DNA of 63,804 bases, filler included, from Reticulomyxa filosa (GCA_000512085.1; 26 parts of 26 records of this genome joined end to end with filler, not necessarily neighbours in it), one strand, 5' to 3'; counted from the whole stretch's first letter, positions 25,921-39,539 are shown. Notes: generated from the sequence alone by a model not told the origin. Made by a program: numbers and translations.

Positions 25921-27300
25921 TTATATTTTTTGATTTGTTTGCACCGAAAGATTGCAATGACACATAGATAATATGCAATAAAATAATGTAGTGCAATTTA
26001 ATTCAATTCCAAAATAACAAACAAGCAAACAAAAAATCAACACAAAAGCGGAATGGATTAAGTAAGTTTGAAATTTCTCATTTTTCGAAATCAAGTAGTT
26101 TTTGGATTGAATGTTTAATTTTTTGATGTAACCTATTGAAGCGACCGAGCGTGAGGGACGGAGAAGATTGTTACGAATGTTGCAAAGAGGTTTTTTGGGC
26201 GGGAATTGATCTGGACTACAATATCCTACATTTTCGCCCGTGGCTTTTGTCCACTTGCATTGGCCAAATTTGGCTATCTCAGTACTTTTCAAACTTATTT
26301 TTCTGCCACATCATACAAGACTTTTTAATATTATTCAATTGATAGTGTTCCTTATGTTTCTTTTGTTATAAATATTGGGAACAGTTTGATCATTATACGT
26401 GTCGGCCAGCTCTTTGCTGTTAAGCAAGTCGACACCACGATATTTCTTCCACAAAAATTTGGACGGATAATGAACCGTTTTGAATTCGTCTTCCCCTTTC
26501 GTTTGAATCCAGCCACGCATGTGATATGGTGTGTTTTCTTTGTACTGTTTGCATCGCAGCGCCATCAGCCGATCAAACTCAAACATGAATTTGTCCACTT
26601 GTTGTTCCATTTCGGCCAAGTTGTTTGGATGTGAGCGTTCCATATTCGGACAATATTTCTATTTTTTTAAAAAAAAGTTCACAGTTACATATATGTATAT
26701 GTGTATGTAACCCCTTTTTTTTTTTTAAAAAAAAAAAAAAACAAAAACAAACAAACTGTCTTCTCCCAATAAAATGGACCCCTGATAAAAAGGCTGCACA
26801 ATAGTGGACAAGTCAAAGTACATCGCAACTCGAACGGACTTTGATGATGTGAAGATGAAGACGGCGAAGCGATCCAAGATGGACAGAGCAGTGAAAACAT
26901 AATCGGCGTGTCGCAGATTGGAAGACACGATATCACTGTTGGAGTTGTCGTGTAAAAAAAAGAACGCGTCTTTTTTTTGACATAGCAAGCCCCTTTTTTT
27001 TTTTTGCAGTCGCACGACCTTCCTCGTCGGTTCTGTGATTTGGCATCTGCTGATCTCATCGAAACAACTGAACATGTTGCACACGTCTTGGTCACTCCAT
27101 GATAATAGCATATTCCATATATGTGAAGGCTTTTGCAACTGTTTAGCATCACGTGCACTCGCTTCAATTGGCTTCTCTTGCTTCGCTGTTGCTGCTGTTG
27201 CTGTGCCTTCAAGCTCTCCAATCGCTTCGGTTGCTTGTCTGTTAACTGTCGACTGTGCCATATCTCATGTGTCTCTCCTTTCTTTATTATCTTTGGTGTT
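25921..27300 (-). CDS. Hypothetical spliced protein
   Basis: Three collinear minus-strand ORFs (27261, 26643, 26292) separated by AT-rich intron-like stretches; no domain recognised. Confidence 0.4.
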
Positions 27301-27454
27301 TCTGTTTNNNNNNNNNNNNNNNNNNNNNNNNNNNNNNNNNNNNNNNNNNNNTTAATTAATTAANNNNNNNNNNNNNNNNNNNNNNNNNNNNNNNNNNNNN
27401 NNNNNNNTATGTTTGTATTTATGTGGTTGAATAATTTAATTAAAAAACAACAAG

Positions 27455-28132
27455 TTGTGTATATGTTTAAGATATTTGTTAGATCGCATATGCACCGAGC
27501 TCAAAAACAACCCAAAATCAAAAGATTTGCTTTTATTGAGCAAAAACCAATTGAACTGGGGGCCTCGACCAACGCGTAAACTAACATCTAGTGATGATAT
27601 CGGCAATGCGAGAGTGGACATAAATTTGCTCGACATTTTATTTGAGGAACAAAGTATAATTGACTACATCAATAATATCAATAAAAAAGAGTTAGATTTA
27701 AGTGACACCATTGATGTCAACAAAATTAAATATAATATCGAAAATACTGCACATGCTGTAGAAGCATATAGTGATAAAGTTGGAAACCATGTGAATATAC
27801 TAAGTTGCCTCTGCACGATATATAAAGATATAACGGACAGTAACTTTTACGATGGAAAAGACATTACATTGAATGTCTGTCTGGTTAAAAATAAAGAGTT
27901 TACTGATACTAGAGCTAAAAGGAAAACTGCGAGACCAGATTTGGTATTGTCATTGAAGCCGGCTGATAGATGAGAATTTAGATAGATATTCTTAGTAATA
28001 GATTATAAAATTTTAAGTGAACTAGCACAATTTCTATATTCAACAACACAAAAAGAAAACACCTGGAACGCTGGCATCCAAAAGCTAACTGCAAAAGGCC
28101 ATTCTCTAAAGAAACGGAGATCAAATCAATGA
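27455..28132 (+). pseudogene. Degenerate ORF with PD-(D/E)xK nuclease-like motif
   Basis: RPDLVLSL...*EFR*IFLVIDYKIL in a single frame through two stops. Confidence 0.35.
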
Positions 28133-29823
28133 GAAAAATACCAACAAAAAAAGAATAAAAACAATTTAAAAAAAAGCAAAATCAAGTTCAAAGATTAGTA
28201 GTCCAAATTTATTGAATAAAAAGAAAAAACTAGTAGTATCTAGCCCAAAAAAAGGCTTTTAAATAAAACATGTATAAGTTCTAAGAACGTGCCTAATGAC
28301 AAAAAAGCAGATGAATTAATCGAAGATCATAAAAATGATATATTGTCTTGGTCAAGATATACAAAAGCTAGTTTGAAAAAATAATGTAGTAAAGATAGCA
28401 TATACACTACAGATATGACAATAAAACAAATACAAGATAAAATTGGCGAATTAAAACCGAATATAAATACAACATATATTAATTTTGTTGATGTGATCTT
28501 ACGCTATTTATTATGGACAGGTACAAAAGTAGGCATACCCAGATATTGTATGCATACTTTGTGAGATAAATCAAGATTCGAAACGATTCAAGTTTAGGTT
28601 GTTTCCAGTATTGACAAGTCAAAACGTATCTGAAGAAATTGCATGGATAATGCAAATACTTGATTTTGCTAAGACATGTGGAAGAAATGAAATTGTGCTC
28701 AGTGTTAATGATGCAGTGATAAAACAAAAATCAGGTTATAATGATGGCAATTATAAACAAAGTTTTTCTTTCATAAAAATATTTTTTTGAATTTGAATTT
28801 TTGTGTCAATTAAACGAAATATTTTAACAAATTGTCGTCGATATAAATTTATACTTCCAAGATCGACTTTGTAGTTCATCGACATTACTAAATCCCACAA
28901 TTTAAAATCCTTTTCTTGTAATAGTCTTGCTAACCCCACCATTTGTATCATACCACATCCGCTATTTTTTCCTATTTTTTTTTACCATTCGCCAATTCAA
29001 TTTTGTTTGTTCATAAGTCAGTTGCACTAGATATTTAAATNNNNNNNNNNNNNNNNNNNNNNNNNNNNNNNNNNNNNNNNNNNNTTAATTAATTAANNNN
29101 NNNNNNNNNNNNNNNNNNNNNNNNNNNNNNNNNNNNNNNNTTTTGCAATTACCGTTGCTCGGTTGCCATCTCATCCAAAGTGAAACCTTTTTCACCAAAA
29201 AAAAAAAAACCGTAAAGGAAGCTTTTAAGTGTAATTTTTTTTTGTCTGCATATGAAATTAATTAAAATACTGTTGAAGACTTTAAATAATTTAAAATGTA
29301 ACTCTTTGCACTTCTTTCTTTTAGTCTATCAGACAACAGAACAGAAAACAATTGAATTTCCATTTTTTGATTTCAAAATGAATTTTTACGTACTTGCGTT
29401 TCTTTGCTTATGTGAAAGTGGCCCTCTACATTTAAGTTTTCACAATTGATCAATCCACGATCTAGGACTTTCAAACATTAGTTTTTCTTTTTTTTCCGAG
29501 TTTTTTTGATAATCTTTGAAACAATTCCAATATTCTTTTTCAAAAATATGTCTACAAGCCTTGCAATCAAATTAAACACTAAGAACTCGAAAAGAGATTA
29601 TATGTTTAAAAAAGAATTGCTTGAAAAAATACATTTTTGATTTTTTTTTAAACTGTTTTGAAAATTTAGAAAAATATCAAACTAAACACATGGATGTTCG
29701 AACTCTCAAAAACAAGTGGTAACATATTTTTTATTTCATCTTTGGTATCCATCTTTTTTTTTTTATACACCGAAATTTCTTTTTTCTCTTTGTCCTCCGA
29801 GTACAATCGAAACGCACTTACGT

Positions 29824-31355
29824 TTAATCTTTGGGTTGCAGAACGACTTCAGAAACTCGTCGCATCAATAATCTACGTTCATGTGGTGCTCTTTGAGTTT
29901 CTTCTCCATATTTCATCGATTCAGGACTTCGTAAAAATCCATAGCGAGACGCCATTTCGTCGGCTTCAGGCGGTCCACGACTTCCTCTGCATATGAGGAG
30001 GGAAAGTGTGAAGGGAGTGGAGGGAGGAGTGAAAGGTAAAAAAGTGAGAACAAGAGTGTATATAAATATAAAGAATCTCGATGGACACACACACTCTGTT
30101 GGATAAACTCACGAATACAATAAATAAAAAATGGTATTGTATAAATAAATAAATACATAAATAAATAAATGTACATTATATATACCTGGGATATGTCGGT
30201 GGCTTAAATGAAGAATCGCCTTCAAATTTTTTGAGCAAAGGCGTAACAATTCTCCAGGCCTCTCTTAATTCATCGTCTCTGACGAACAAGGATTGATCTC
30301 CTTCCAGACAATCCAAGATCAATCTCGTGTAAGCACCCGGCAAGACGAGATTGTCGAAGCGACTTTGGTAGGTTAAATCCAAATCGCTAGAATAGGTACT
30401 ATTCAAGCGAGCAAAGCCAGGTTTCTTGGTGTTGACACGTAACCAAATGGCTTCTGAAGGTTGCAATCGGATGGCCAGTTCATTAAATACGGCGTTGGGA
30501 TATAAACACAAGCCATCATTTTTGAATTGGATTCGAATTTCCGCGTTTCTGGCGTCCAGCGCTTTGCCACACTTGCAAATGAATGGAACACCAGCCCACC
30601 GTTTGTTGTTGATGAACAAAACCATTTGCACAAATGTCAACTGTTTGGACTTGGGATTTTTGGAAACAATAGAAGGATCTTCCAAATAACTTTCCTGTTT
30701 GTCATCCAACGATCGTCCGTATTGTCCAACCACCACATTGGTCAAAGGGGGTGACTCAATGGCCTTCAATACTTTTACTTTTTCATCTCGGATGTCGTCA
30801 TCGTGCAATGACACTGGCGCTTCCATTGCCGTCAAACATAGCACTTGGATCAAATGATTTTGAAACACGTCTCGAATCACTCCATAGTCATCATAATACC
30901 CTCCACGGCCAGCAACACCTTCCGACTCTTTCATCGATATCTTCACACACTTGATCGATCGACGATCCCATATGGTGTCCCACAGTGTGTTACTAAAGCG
31001 CAACACCAACATGTTTTGTACCATCTCTTTCGCCAAGTAATGGTCAATGCGATAGATTTGATTCTCTTTCAAATGCTCTCCCATAGCTCGCAGCAAGTCG
31101 TCGCACGACTTCAAGTCTTCTCCAAAAGGCTTTTCCACAATCACACGCGTCCAACCTTTGTGATTGCCGCTCAAGTGTTTCTTTATGTTCTTGCTCAGAT
31201 CTGTGAACACATTCGGTGGCGTTGCAAAATAAAACAATCGATTCGACTCCGACACATCGCACGACAGTGACATCAGCGCAATTTTCTCTTTTTCGACCGC
31301 GTTCAAATACTCCGCAAATTTTATGAAGGATTTGTCGTCATCATAACTCTCCCCC
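29824..31355 (-). CDS. G6PD: Glucose-6-phosphate 1-dehydrogenase (5'-partial)
   Basis: RLFYFATPP, RVIVEKPFG, YRIDHYLAKEMVQN, GRGGYYD..G.IRDV.QNHL, RWAGVPF..KCGKAL, AYTRLILD...FVRDDEL. Intron 29987-30185 gives YPR|GSRGP; stop at 29824. Confidence 0.97.
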
Positions 31356-31554
31356 TTTTTTTTTTTTTTTATTTTTTTTTTTAAAAAAANNNNNNNNNNN
31401 NNNNNNNNNNNNNNNNNNNNNNNNNNNNNNNNNTTAATTAATTAANNNNNNNNNNNNNNNNNNNNNNNNNNNNNNNNNNNNNNNNNNNNAAAAAAAAAAA
31501 AAAAGTGTTAGAGTTCATTCCAGGTTTTTAAAAAATGTTGAAATTTTTTGGTGT

Positions 31555-32476
31555 AAACTTTTTGTTGCAAGTCCAATTTTTGTCTGCCTTCATTGGTCAA
31601 AGGAATCTCTCGCAATAGTTTTCTGGCTTTTTGGATGTGCGTGGTTGCTGCTGTGTTGTCTTCATCTTGCAAAAAATATTGGGCGGTTGCAATTCGCCAT
31701 TCACATCGCTCCTCTTTTGTCATCACTGTGACAAAGTATTGATCTTCCGTGTCCACGCTTGCCATCGCGCGGCCTGCTTCTCGCCATTCTTCCTCTGCTT
31801 GGTGCAATTCTGCCAATACACGCACCAATTTAACGAGCTGTTTGTATATGTAAAGAGGTATGTATGTGTGTATGTGTGTATGTGGTGTACAAGTGTGAGC
31901 TTGGTCAATGAATGTTTCTTGTCGTGTACGTGGGTGGAGATGACCCTTTGAAATCCATTTTTTTAATTTCTTTTTTGGGTACAAAAAAAAAAAAAAAAAA
32001 GAAGGAAAAGAAACTTGAGCCGGGAAATAAGTATATTTTCGTCGAATTTCATCCACGGCATGTTTGACAATGACTTTCAATTCGTCATTGTAATCTTCTT
32101 CGATTTCTGCAATTTGGTCCGTCACGTACGCCAAGACGGGCTTTGATGTTGCAGTGTCATTTTCACCGATTCTGCCCACCACTGTTCGTTTTGTTTGTTT
32201 GTTTTTCAACAACAATACATAAATCATCACACGGTTCCACTGCAGTAAATATTACTTACTTTCTTCATATCATATAATAATAATAAAAAAAAATTTTGCT
32301 ACGATGTAACATTTTACAATCATACCAAATGCCACAAGTCTTCTGACGGAATCAACATCTGGCTTTTTCTTCTTTTTTACTCCAACCACTTTATCTGAAA
32401 GATCTTTAAAAGCTCTTAATTTTTCTTGGCTGTCTCCTACGGCGTTGAGGGATTCCAATGTCGACTCGTCACACAT
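31555..32476 (-). CDS. COPS4: COP9 signalosome subunit 4 (3'-partial, spliced)
   Basis: FPAQ|LVKLVRVLAELHQAEEEWREAGRAMASVDTE...IATAQYFLQDEDNTAATTHIQKA parallels CSN4 (LASIYEKEEDWRNAAQVL...[21 protein letters not shown]). Confidence 0.75.
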
Positions 32477-32881
32477 ATTTTCTTAATGCCGAATAGCAAG
32501 AATTCAGAAACCGAGAAATCCCTTTTTTTCTCTTGCGCAAAAAAGTGCCTGTCACAGCCCAACAAAGCCACTTTTCTTGAAAAAATACTGTTAAAAAGAC
32601 AGAATTATCAAAAATTTTTTGTAAGTTACAAAAACTCCATTATTGAAAAATAAAATTTCACTATCAACAGATAAGTGAATTCTACCTTAATAGCTCAATA
32701 ACAAAAATAAGCAGTTCTTTTAAAATTTTTTTTGTAGCCACAATACAACAAAATTCCTTTTTTCCATTTCAAAGCTCTCAGAATCTTGTTTTTTTAATGT
32801 TGTCCTCGTTAAAAAAAAACTTGTGTATTCATAATTACGTGACAATTATAATTCTTGAAAGTGGTGGGAACAATAGACACG

Positions 32882-33880
32882 ATGGCTTTTGGATCTTTGG
32901 TGACCTCAGCATTGGGTCGTCATTTATATTCCTCGGAAATCTCGTTGGTGGATTTGTTGGACGGAGGGCCAGGATGTGAGAGTAGTTCAATGCTCGGTTA
33001 TTCCGGCTTGATATTATGGATATTTTTTTCATTATTTTTGTTTGTCGGTATTTATGTATTATGTGAGGAGTATTTCGTGCCTTTACTGACAGTATTGGGA
33101 GAGAAGATGAAATTGCCTCAAGACGTATTGGGAGCGACATTGTTAGCAGTGGGTGGATCATCACCCGAGTTGTTCACTGCTTTGATGGTGTGTTCCTGTA
33201 TCCAACAGAGAACCCTGGTCCAGCGACGAATTGCGGAAGCAATGCATTTAACATGTGTGTCATTATTGGTTTATCAGTTCTCTTTTGCGGCAGAAGCAAA
33301 TTGACAGTGGCAGGATATCCATTTATTCGAGACACGTGTTTTTACAGTAAGACACTGCACAAACACTATTTCTTCATGCCATGATGCATACATACGTGTA
33401 CATATAATGTATACATATATGTGTATACATATACATATATATATATATATATATACATACATATATACATATATACATACGGCATGTGTATACTTTTTTT
33501 TTTGGGTTGTGAATGAACGAACGGTACAGCGCTTGTGGCAGTGGAGCTCTACATGTACTATGAATGGACAAGTCCTGGCCTAATAGAAATGTGGGAATCG
33601 TTTCTGCTGGTGTTCACGTGGACTGTCTATGTGATCGTACTGTACAACAATGAAAAGATCGTTCGAGGACTGATTCGGATGTTTGAACTGCTCAATTTGC
33701 CGGTCCCCTCCAGTCTCTTGTATCTGTCATCCACTGAAGACTTGATCTACCGCAGCAAGCAGTCCGGTCTCCTTGAAAAAATACTTCCGACCCCTTCCAA
33801 TGACACCGGCGCCGATGTCGACACCTTCGCCACCATAGGCGGATACGTTGACACACATATGGAATATGAAGACATTAAGT
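32882..33880 (+). CDS. K+-dependent Na+/Ca2+ exchanger (NCKX/SLC24 family), N-terminal half
   Basis: LCEEYFVP.L..LGEKMKLPQDVLGATLLAVGGSSPELFT (alpha-1 repeat), GSNAFN, PFIRDTCFY, IEMWES. One frame break at ~33187; intron ~33348-33529. Confidence 0.9.
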
Positions 33881-33903
33881 TACTATGCGTGTGTGCATCT
33901 ATA

Positions 33904-33907
<4 letters not shown>

Positions 33908-33936
<29 letters not shown>

Positions 33937-34032
33937 TTTATATATTTATATATTTATATATTTATATATTTATATATTTATATATTTATATATTTATATA
34001 TTTATATATTTATATATTATATATTTATATAT
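33908..34032. repeat. (TA)n / (TATATATT)n intronic microsatellite
   Basis: Tandem TTTATATA octamers directly visible. Confidence 0.9.
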
Positions 34033-34559
34033 GTGCCATGTATTTTGTTTGTTTGAAANNNNNNNNNNNNNNNNNNNNNNNNNNNNNNNNNNNNNNNNNN
34101 NNTTAATTAATTAANNNNNNNNNNNNNNNNNNNNNNNNNNNNNNNNNNNNNNNNNNNNTTGAAAACGACCACTACACGTCGAAGCAGCTGCATTTGACGC
34201 AGTAACATCACATGGGTCTGATCTATATCACGCCACAGTCTCCTGAAGAAGGCGACGCCGATGCGAAAAGTCAGTCGCGTGCACATACATTTCATATATC
34301 ATTGAAAAGCTCAAATTGATACAAACAACGACGCCGCTATCGTTGTGATATGAACCAGGTGGACGCGCTGCTATGTCGATCATTATCCAAATCAACAACA
34401 ACAGCTATTATGACAAAGAATGACATTGTAGACACATTGTCATTAGTCGTTTCCGAACGACTAATATTTTATTTACACATAAAAACAAAAGTGGATATAT
34501 TGCTAATTGAAAAAGAAATAAAAGAAAAAAGTGATTTTAAAGTATTGTGATCAATTGGA

Positions 34560-34860
34560 TCTCATACACAGTGTATTTTTGATGATGATGTAATTGAATG
34601 TAAATGATATTAAAGTAAATACAAAAAATACAATTAAGAAATCAAAGAAAAATATTTTCAAGTATGTATGATATTGGATGAAAGATAAAAATTAATAAAG
34701 ATAAAGCAATTGACGTTTAAAGAGCTTGTTCGTCATAGCTATTCTTGTTTGGAATTGAAAGACTTATAAAGATTATAAATGAAAATTTAAAGCTTGAATT
34801 AGTTAATACACAAAATAATGTTATTGATTCAGACACTAAATCCAAAATAATTTGGAAAAC
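34560..34860 (+). pseudogene. Degenerate member of a lineage-expanded family
   Basis: KQLTFKELVRHSYSCLELKDL*K...NENLKLELVNTQNNVIDSD with stops and frameshifts; family recognised only from memory of Reticulomyxa proteins. Confidence 0.35.
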
Positions 34861-35373
34861 AATAAAAAATACATTTGTGATCATGATTGCAATCATGAAT
34901 ATGATAATACCAAAGCATGTGATAATCTTTCAAAAATAAAAAAATGTTTGATAACTTACTTAATCATTATTTGTGATTGATCGAATATAAATTTATATTC
35001 TAATTCTTGCTCAAATAATTGCCTAAAGTTTGTAATACAATTTTCTTTATTCGAAGCAATCATAGGCAACAAACTTCATACAAATAAATACAACTATGAT
35101 ATTTTTATTTTGATTATTTATAAACATTGCATATGTTGAATAAACTTATTACAATTGATGTAAATAATGTATCAATTAACAAAATACAGTCACTATTAAT
35201 TGTAATGAAATTAGTTCATTCAAAGATTTACCTAAAATTTTTATTATTCATTCGATTACAAATAGAGATAATGNNNNNNNNNNNNNNNNNNNNNNNNNNN
35301 NNNNNNNNNNNNNNNNNTTAATTAATTAANNNNNNNNNNNNNNNNNNNNNNNNNNNNNNNNNNNNNNNNNNNN

Positions 35374-36518
35374 GCCGCGACGGCTGGAACCTGGCCGACA
35401 TGGCGGTGCTGTACCGCAGCAACGCGCAGTCGCGCATCCTGGAGCAGGTGCTGGTGCAGGCCGGTGTGGCCTACCGCATCTACGGCGGCCTGCGCTTCTT
35501 CGAGCGTCAGGAGATCAAGCACGCGCTGGCCTACCTGCGCCTGGTACTGAACCCGGACGACGACAACGCGCTGCTGCGCGTGATCAACGTCCCGGCGCGC
35601 GGTATCGGCGCCCGTAGCGTGGAAAACCTGCAGACCGCCAGCCGCGAGCAGGGCATCAGCCTGTGGCAAGCCTGCTGCGGCGCGGGCGGCGGTCGTACCG
35701 CCGGCAAGCTGGCCGAGTTTGTGTTGCTGATCGAAAAACTGCGCCAGCGCAGCGAACCGCTGAACCTGGCGGAGCAGATCAGCCTGGTGATCGACGACAG
35801 CGGCCTGCGCGCCATGTACGAGGCCGACCGCAAGGAAGGCGAAGAACGGCTGGCCAACCTGGACGAACTGATCAACGCCGCCACCGGCTTCATGCCGCAA
35901 GAACCGCAGTTGGCCGCGGTGGAGTTTCTTACCCAGGCCAGCCTGGAAGCCGGTGACCATCAGGCCGAGGCCGGTGAAGACGCGTTGCAGCTTATGACGG
36001 TGCACGCGGCCAAGGGCCTGGAGTTCGACGCGGTATTCGTTGGCGGCCTGGAAGAAGGCCTGTTCCCGCACGAGAACAGTTTCAACGACCCCAAGGGCCT
36101 GGAAGAAGAGCGCCGCCTGATGTACGTGGCCATCACCCGCGCCCGCAAGCGCCTGTACCTCAGCCATGCGCAAAGCCGCATGCTGCACGGCCAGAGCCGC
36201 TATCCGATCCGCTCGCGCTTTGTCGATGAAATTCCGGCCGAGCTGCTGCACGCATTATCTGCTACGGTAAAAGCTGCACCGGTATCGACCCGTCAGCGCT
36301 GGGATCAGGCCACGCCGGCTTTCGTCAAGCAGCGTGCCGCCGAAGGGCAGGGGCAGTGGCGGGTAGGGCAGTCGTTGACGCACACCAAGTTTGGCGCCGG
36401 CGTCATCATTACTGCAGAAGGCAGCGGCGAAGACTTGCGCTTGCTCATCAATTTTGCAGAACACGGCGTCAAGCTGCTGGATTTGCGTTACGCTGCTGAC
36501 AAACTGACACCTGCATAA
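35374..36518 (+). CDS. uvrD: Bacterial DNA helicase II, C-terminal part (5'-partial)
   Basis: AVLYRSNAQSR, YRIYGGLRFFERQEIK, INVPARGIG, LMTVHAAKGLEF, EEERRLMYVAITRA, C-terminal H.KFG.G. High GC, intronless. Confidence 0.97.
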
Positions 36519-36548
36519 GCCACAACACCAACAATAGTGGGGCCTTCC

Positions 36549-36923
36549 ATGAGTTCGTTGTCCAACCAATCGACTACCTTCAATGCCATCACCGGGGCCA
36601 AGGAAGCGACCGGCCGCCGCGATTACAGCAACCCGTTTGCCAAGAAGCAGTTTCTGGTGGTGGATTGCGTGCCGGAAATGCAGCGTGCGATGTCGATGAC
36701 GCTGCAGTCTTTCGGTGCCGAGAAGGTGGAGTACGCCGGCAAGGCCAGCGATGCACTGGTCAAGCTGATGCGCTACGACTTCGATGTGGTGCTGTGCGAT
36801 TACGACCTGGGCAGCGGCAGCGACGGCCTTTACCTGTATGAGGAGGCCAAGGAGCGCAACCTGCTCAAGCAATCGTGCGTGTTCATGATTGTCAGCGGCG
36901 AGCGCCGTGCGGCCAAGGTGTTG
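36549..36923 (+). CDS. Bacterial response regulator receiver domain (3'-partial)
   Basis: FLVVD...FDVVLCDYDLG..SDG...FMIVSGE (CheY-like fold); starts 30 bp after uvrD. Confidence 0.88.
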
Positions 36924-38288
36924 NNNNNNNNNNNNNNNNNNNNNNNNNNNNNNNNNNNNNNNNNNNNTTAATTAATTAANNNNNNNNNNNNNNNNNNNNN
37001 NNNNNNNNNNNNNNNNNNNNNNNTGTGCGTTTCCTGGTGACCAGCTTAACTTGTGCTGTCCTTCTTCTGGGGATGTCGTTTCTCGGGATCGTTTGGTTCG
37101 CTTGACTACCTTGTGACATTCGTGTTATCTTTGCATCACTTAACACGTCCAAAAACAACATGTTCATTTGCTCATGCGATTTTTCTGATAGGCGATAAAG
37201 CAGCAAGTTTTGATTGTCAAATATTACTGTTGGAACCGCAAAGAGGAAATCAAAAACAAATGCATATTTATATATTTGTATAATATATATGTATACGTTT
37301 TTTTAAAAATAATTTGAAAGTACCTTTGACAAACAAAAACTTGATTCTTTTAGACAATTTGACCTCGGCCCAAAGTATATTCTGTTCCTTTTTTTTTTTG
37401 TAGATTGCAACTGGGCAAATTTAAAAAAAAGGGGGTGTGTGTGAGTAGAAAGAAATTAAGCTGATGTGCCTGTCGTGTCATGTGATTGGTCGTGTTTTTC
37501 ATCCTCTTCGTGTTCTTGAGAATATGTGAAAGGATTGACAGGGCCGTCGACGTCGCTTAAGAAGTCGTTGACCAGGACATTGAGTCTAACTGCTTTGACG
37601 AGAATAGCTCTTGCTGCACCTTCGAGAGAATTCGCCACTGTTGCTATTGTTGTGATGATTAGTAGTATGACTGTCATTGTTAGTGTTAGTGTTATGATGA
37701 CTTGATGCTGAAAAGTTGACTTGTTTGTCAACATTTATTTCTTTATCTTTTTGTTTTTCTTTCGAATGAATGGGCTTATTGTTGAACACATTCGAAGTGT
37801 GGTGATAGACATTTAAGTAATCATTTTCTGTCAAAAATCTCTTTTTCATTCTTCCCAATGCTCTTTCTCGTATTCACACTACTCTTCCAATAGCATCTTA
37901 CTTTCATTCGCACTTTGCTCTTTCTTTTGTTGGTATTGGTATCGCTGATTGTACCGCTCTCGAACATTGTCATGCAGTTTTCCCACTCGTCTCAAATGTT
38001 CGATTACATCTTCTTTTTTTCACTCCCCCCATTTTTTTGTTTTGATAAAAAAAAAAAAAAATTTATTGTTATTCATTTTTTTATAATAATAACAATAATA
38101 AAAATCAACATTTTAAATGGAAAAAAATGCACACATAATTGGGTGAAGCGACCATATAGCGAAAGACAATAACGCAAATGGTGTAAAANNNNNNNNNNNN
38201 NNNNNNNNNNNNNNNNNNNNNNNNNNNNNNNNTTAATTAATTAANNNNNNNNNNNNNNNNNNNNNNNNNNNNNNNNNNNNNNNNNNNN

Positions 38289-38482
38289 AAAGATTAAAAT
38301 TTTGGAAAAAATTGTAAATACTTAATAAAAAAACAAAATGATATTTAAAAACTACACTATTAATGGATATTTTTTTAAAAAAAAATTTTGACTAAATGTT
38401 GTTTTTTCATGTAGAAACACAATCATATCTATAATGTGGCATTTTAGGTGTCAACTTTCTTTTTTATCTTAATGTATATAGT
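38289..38482 (-). mobile_element. Tc1/mariner terminal inverted repeat copy
   Basis: Reverse complement contains GACACCTAAAATGCCACATTATAGA...CATGAAAAAACAACATTTA, matching 53940-54000 and 63660-63725. Confidence 0.7.
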
Positions 38483-39539
38483 GATCGCCAGATAGCCCAC
38501 ATGCTAAATTAAAAATCTGATGCAAATCAACGGGCAAAGAAATAGCAACAATGGGTTGGGCGCAAACACAATCAGCTTCATTTGTATGAAATATATGATT
38601 TGTAATATAAGTATGATTGCACGCAATCAATTGCATACACACGTCCATAAATGACTATTTCCTCAAATTTAACATTTTTGCAATGAAATATTGCAATAGT
38701 AAAAGCACCAACAAAATATTTTTGTTTCATTGGATTTTGTTCTTCCTTCGCTTCCATTGATATATTTTCATCTATTCACCAACTCCAAACTTTAGAATTT
38801 GTCAATATCTTATCTAAATTACTTGACACCACAATAATTCCATGTTGCTTCTGTTCCATCATTTCTTTACCATTGATTCAGCTTTTTGTACAGCTTTCAT
38901 CCAAGTTTTATCTGTATTTTCAATGTAGCCACATAAAAAATATTGATTTATTCCAAAGTAAATGTTCCTATCACAAGAAGAACAAGTTTTAATCAATTTT
39001 TGTGCATTTTCTTTCATAAATTTATCTTTAATTATATAATTCATATAAGCAATCATCGAATTAAGAGAAACATGATTACTGTCATCTTCTGTTAATTGTT
39101 CATATAATAACTTTGCAAATATAGAGCCGCACTGTCTTTGACAATGGGCAGTGTATTGGGAAAAAAAGGGCAAACAATAAAAGATTTTAACATAAATTAT
39201 TTTTTAACTGTAAATCTTTGCAAATATTTGTTATTAAACAAAGAAAAAGATTAGAAACTGAAAAAAAGCAATTTTTTTTAAAGGTGCGCATTTGATTTGG
39301 TTTGAAGTTAACACTTGAGAGATAGAGTGAGAGCAGAAATTTGCAATAATTAAAACATCACAACACTTCCAAAGATGAACGATGCGGAGGACGTTCGAGG
39401 CTGAATCGACAGCGTCCACCACACAACCAAAAGGGGAAACAACACCAATATTTCGCTGAAGCAAAAGGGAATCGAAACAATGATCCAAAAAAAAAAAAAA
39501 AAAAAAACAAACAATAAGAAACAATTCGTGACATTGTGT

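Noticed and set aside
13176-28132. In-frame TAA/TAG/TGA within recognisable domains as evidence of a reassigned genetic code
   Set aside because: All three stops occur together with frameshifts and deletions. Conserved genes (G6PD, VPS32, dynein, CLEC16A) have no internal stops in their exons, and the complete ends use TAA/TGA normally. These are pseudogenes.
35322-36872. Long minus-strand ORFs (309 aa, 205 aa) in the GC-rich contig
   Set aside because: Antisense shadows of uvrD and the receiver gene caused by GC3 bias.
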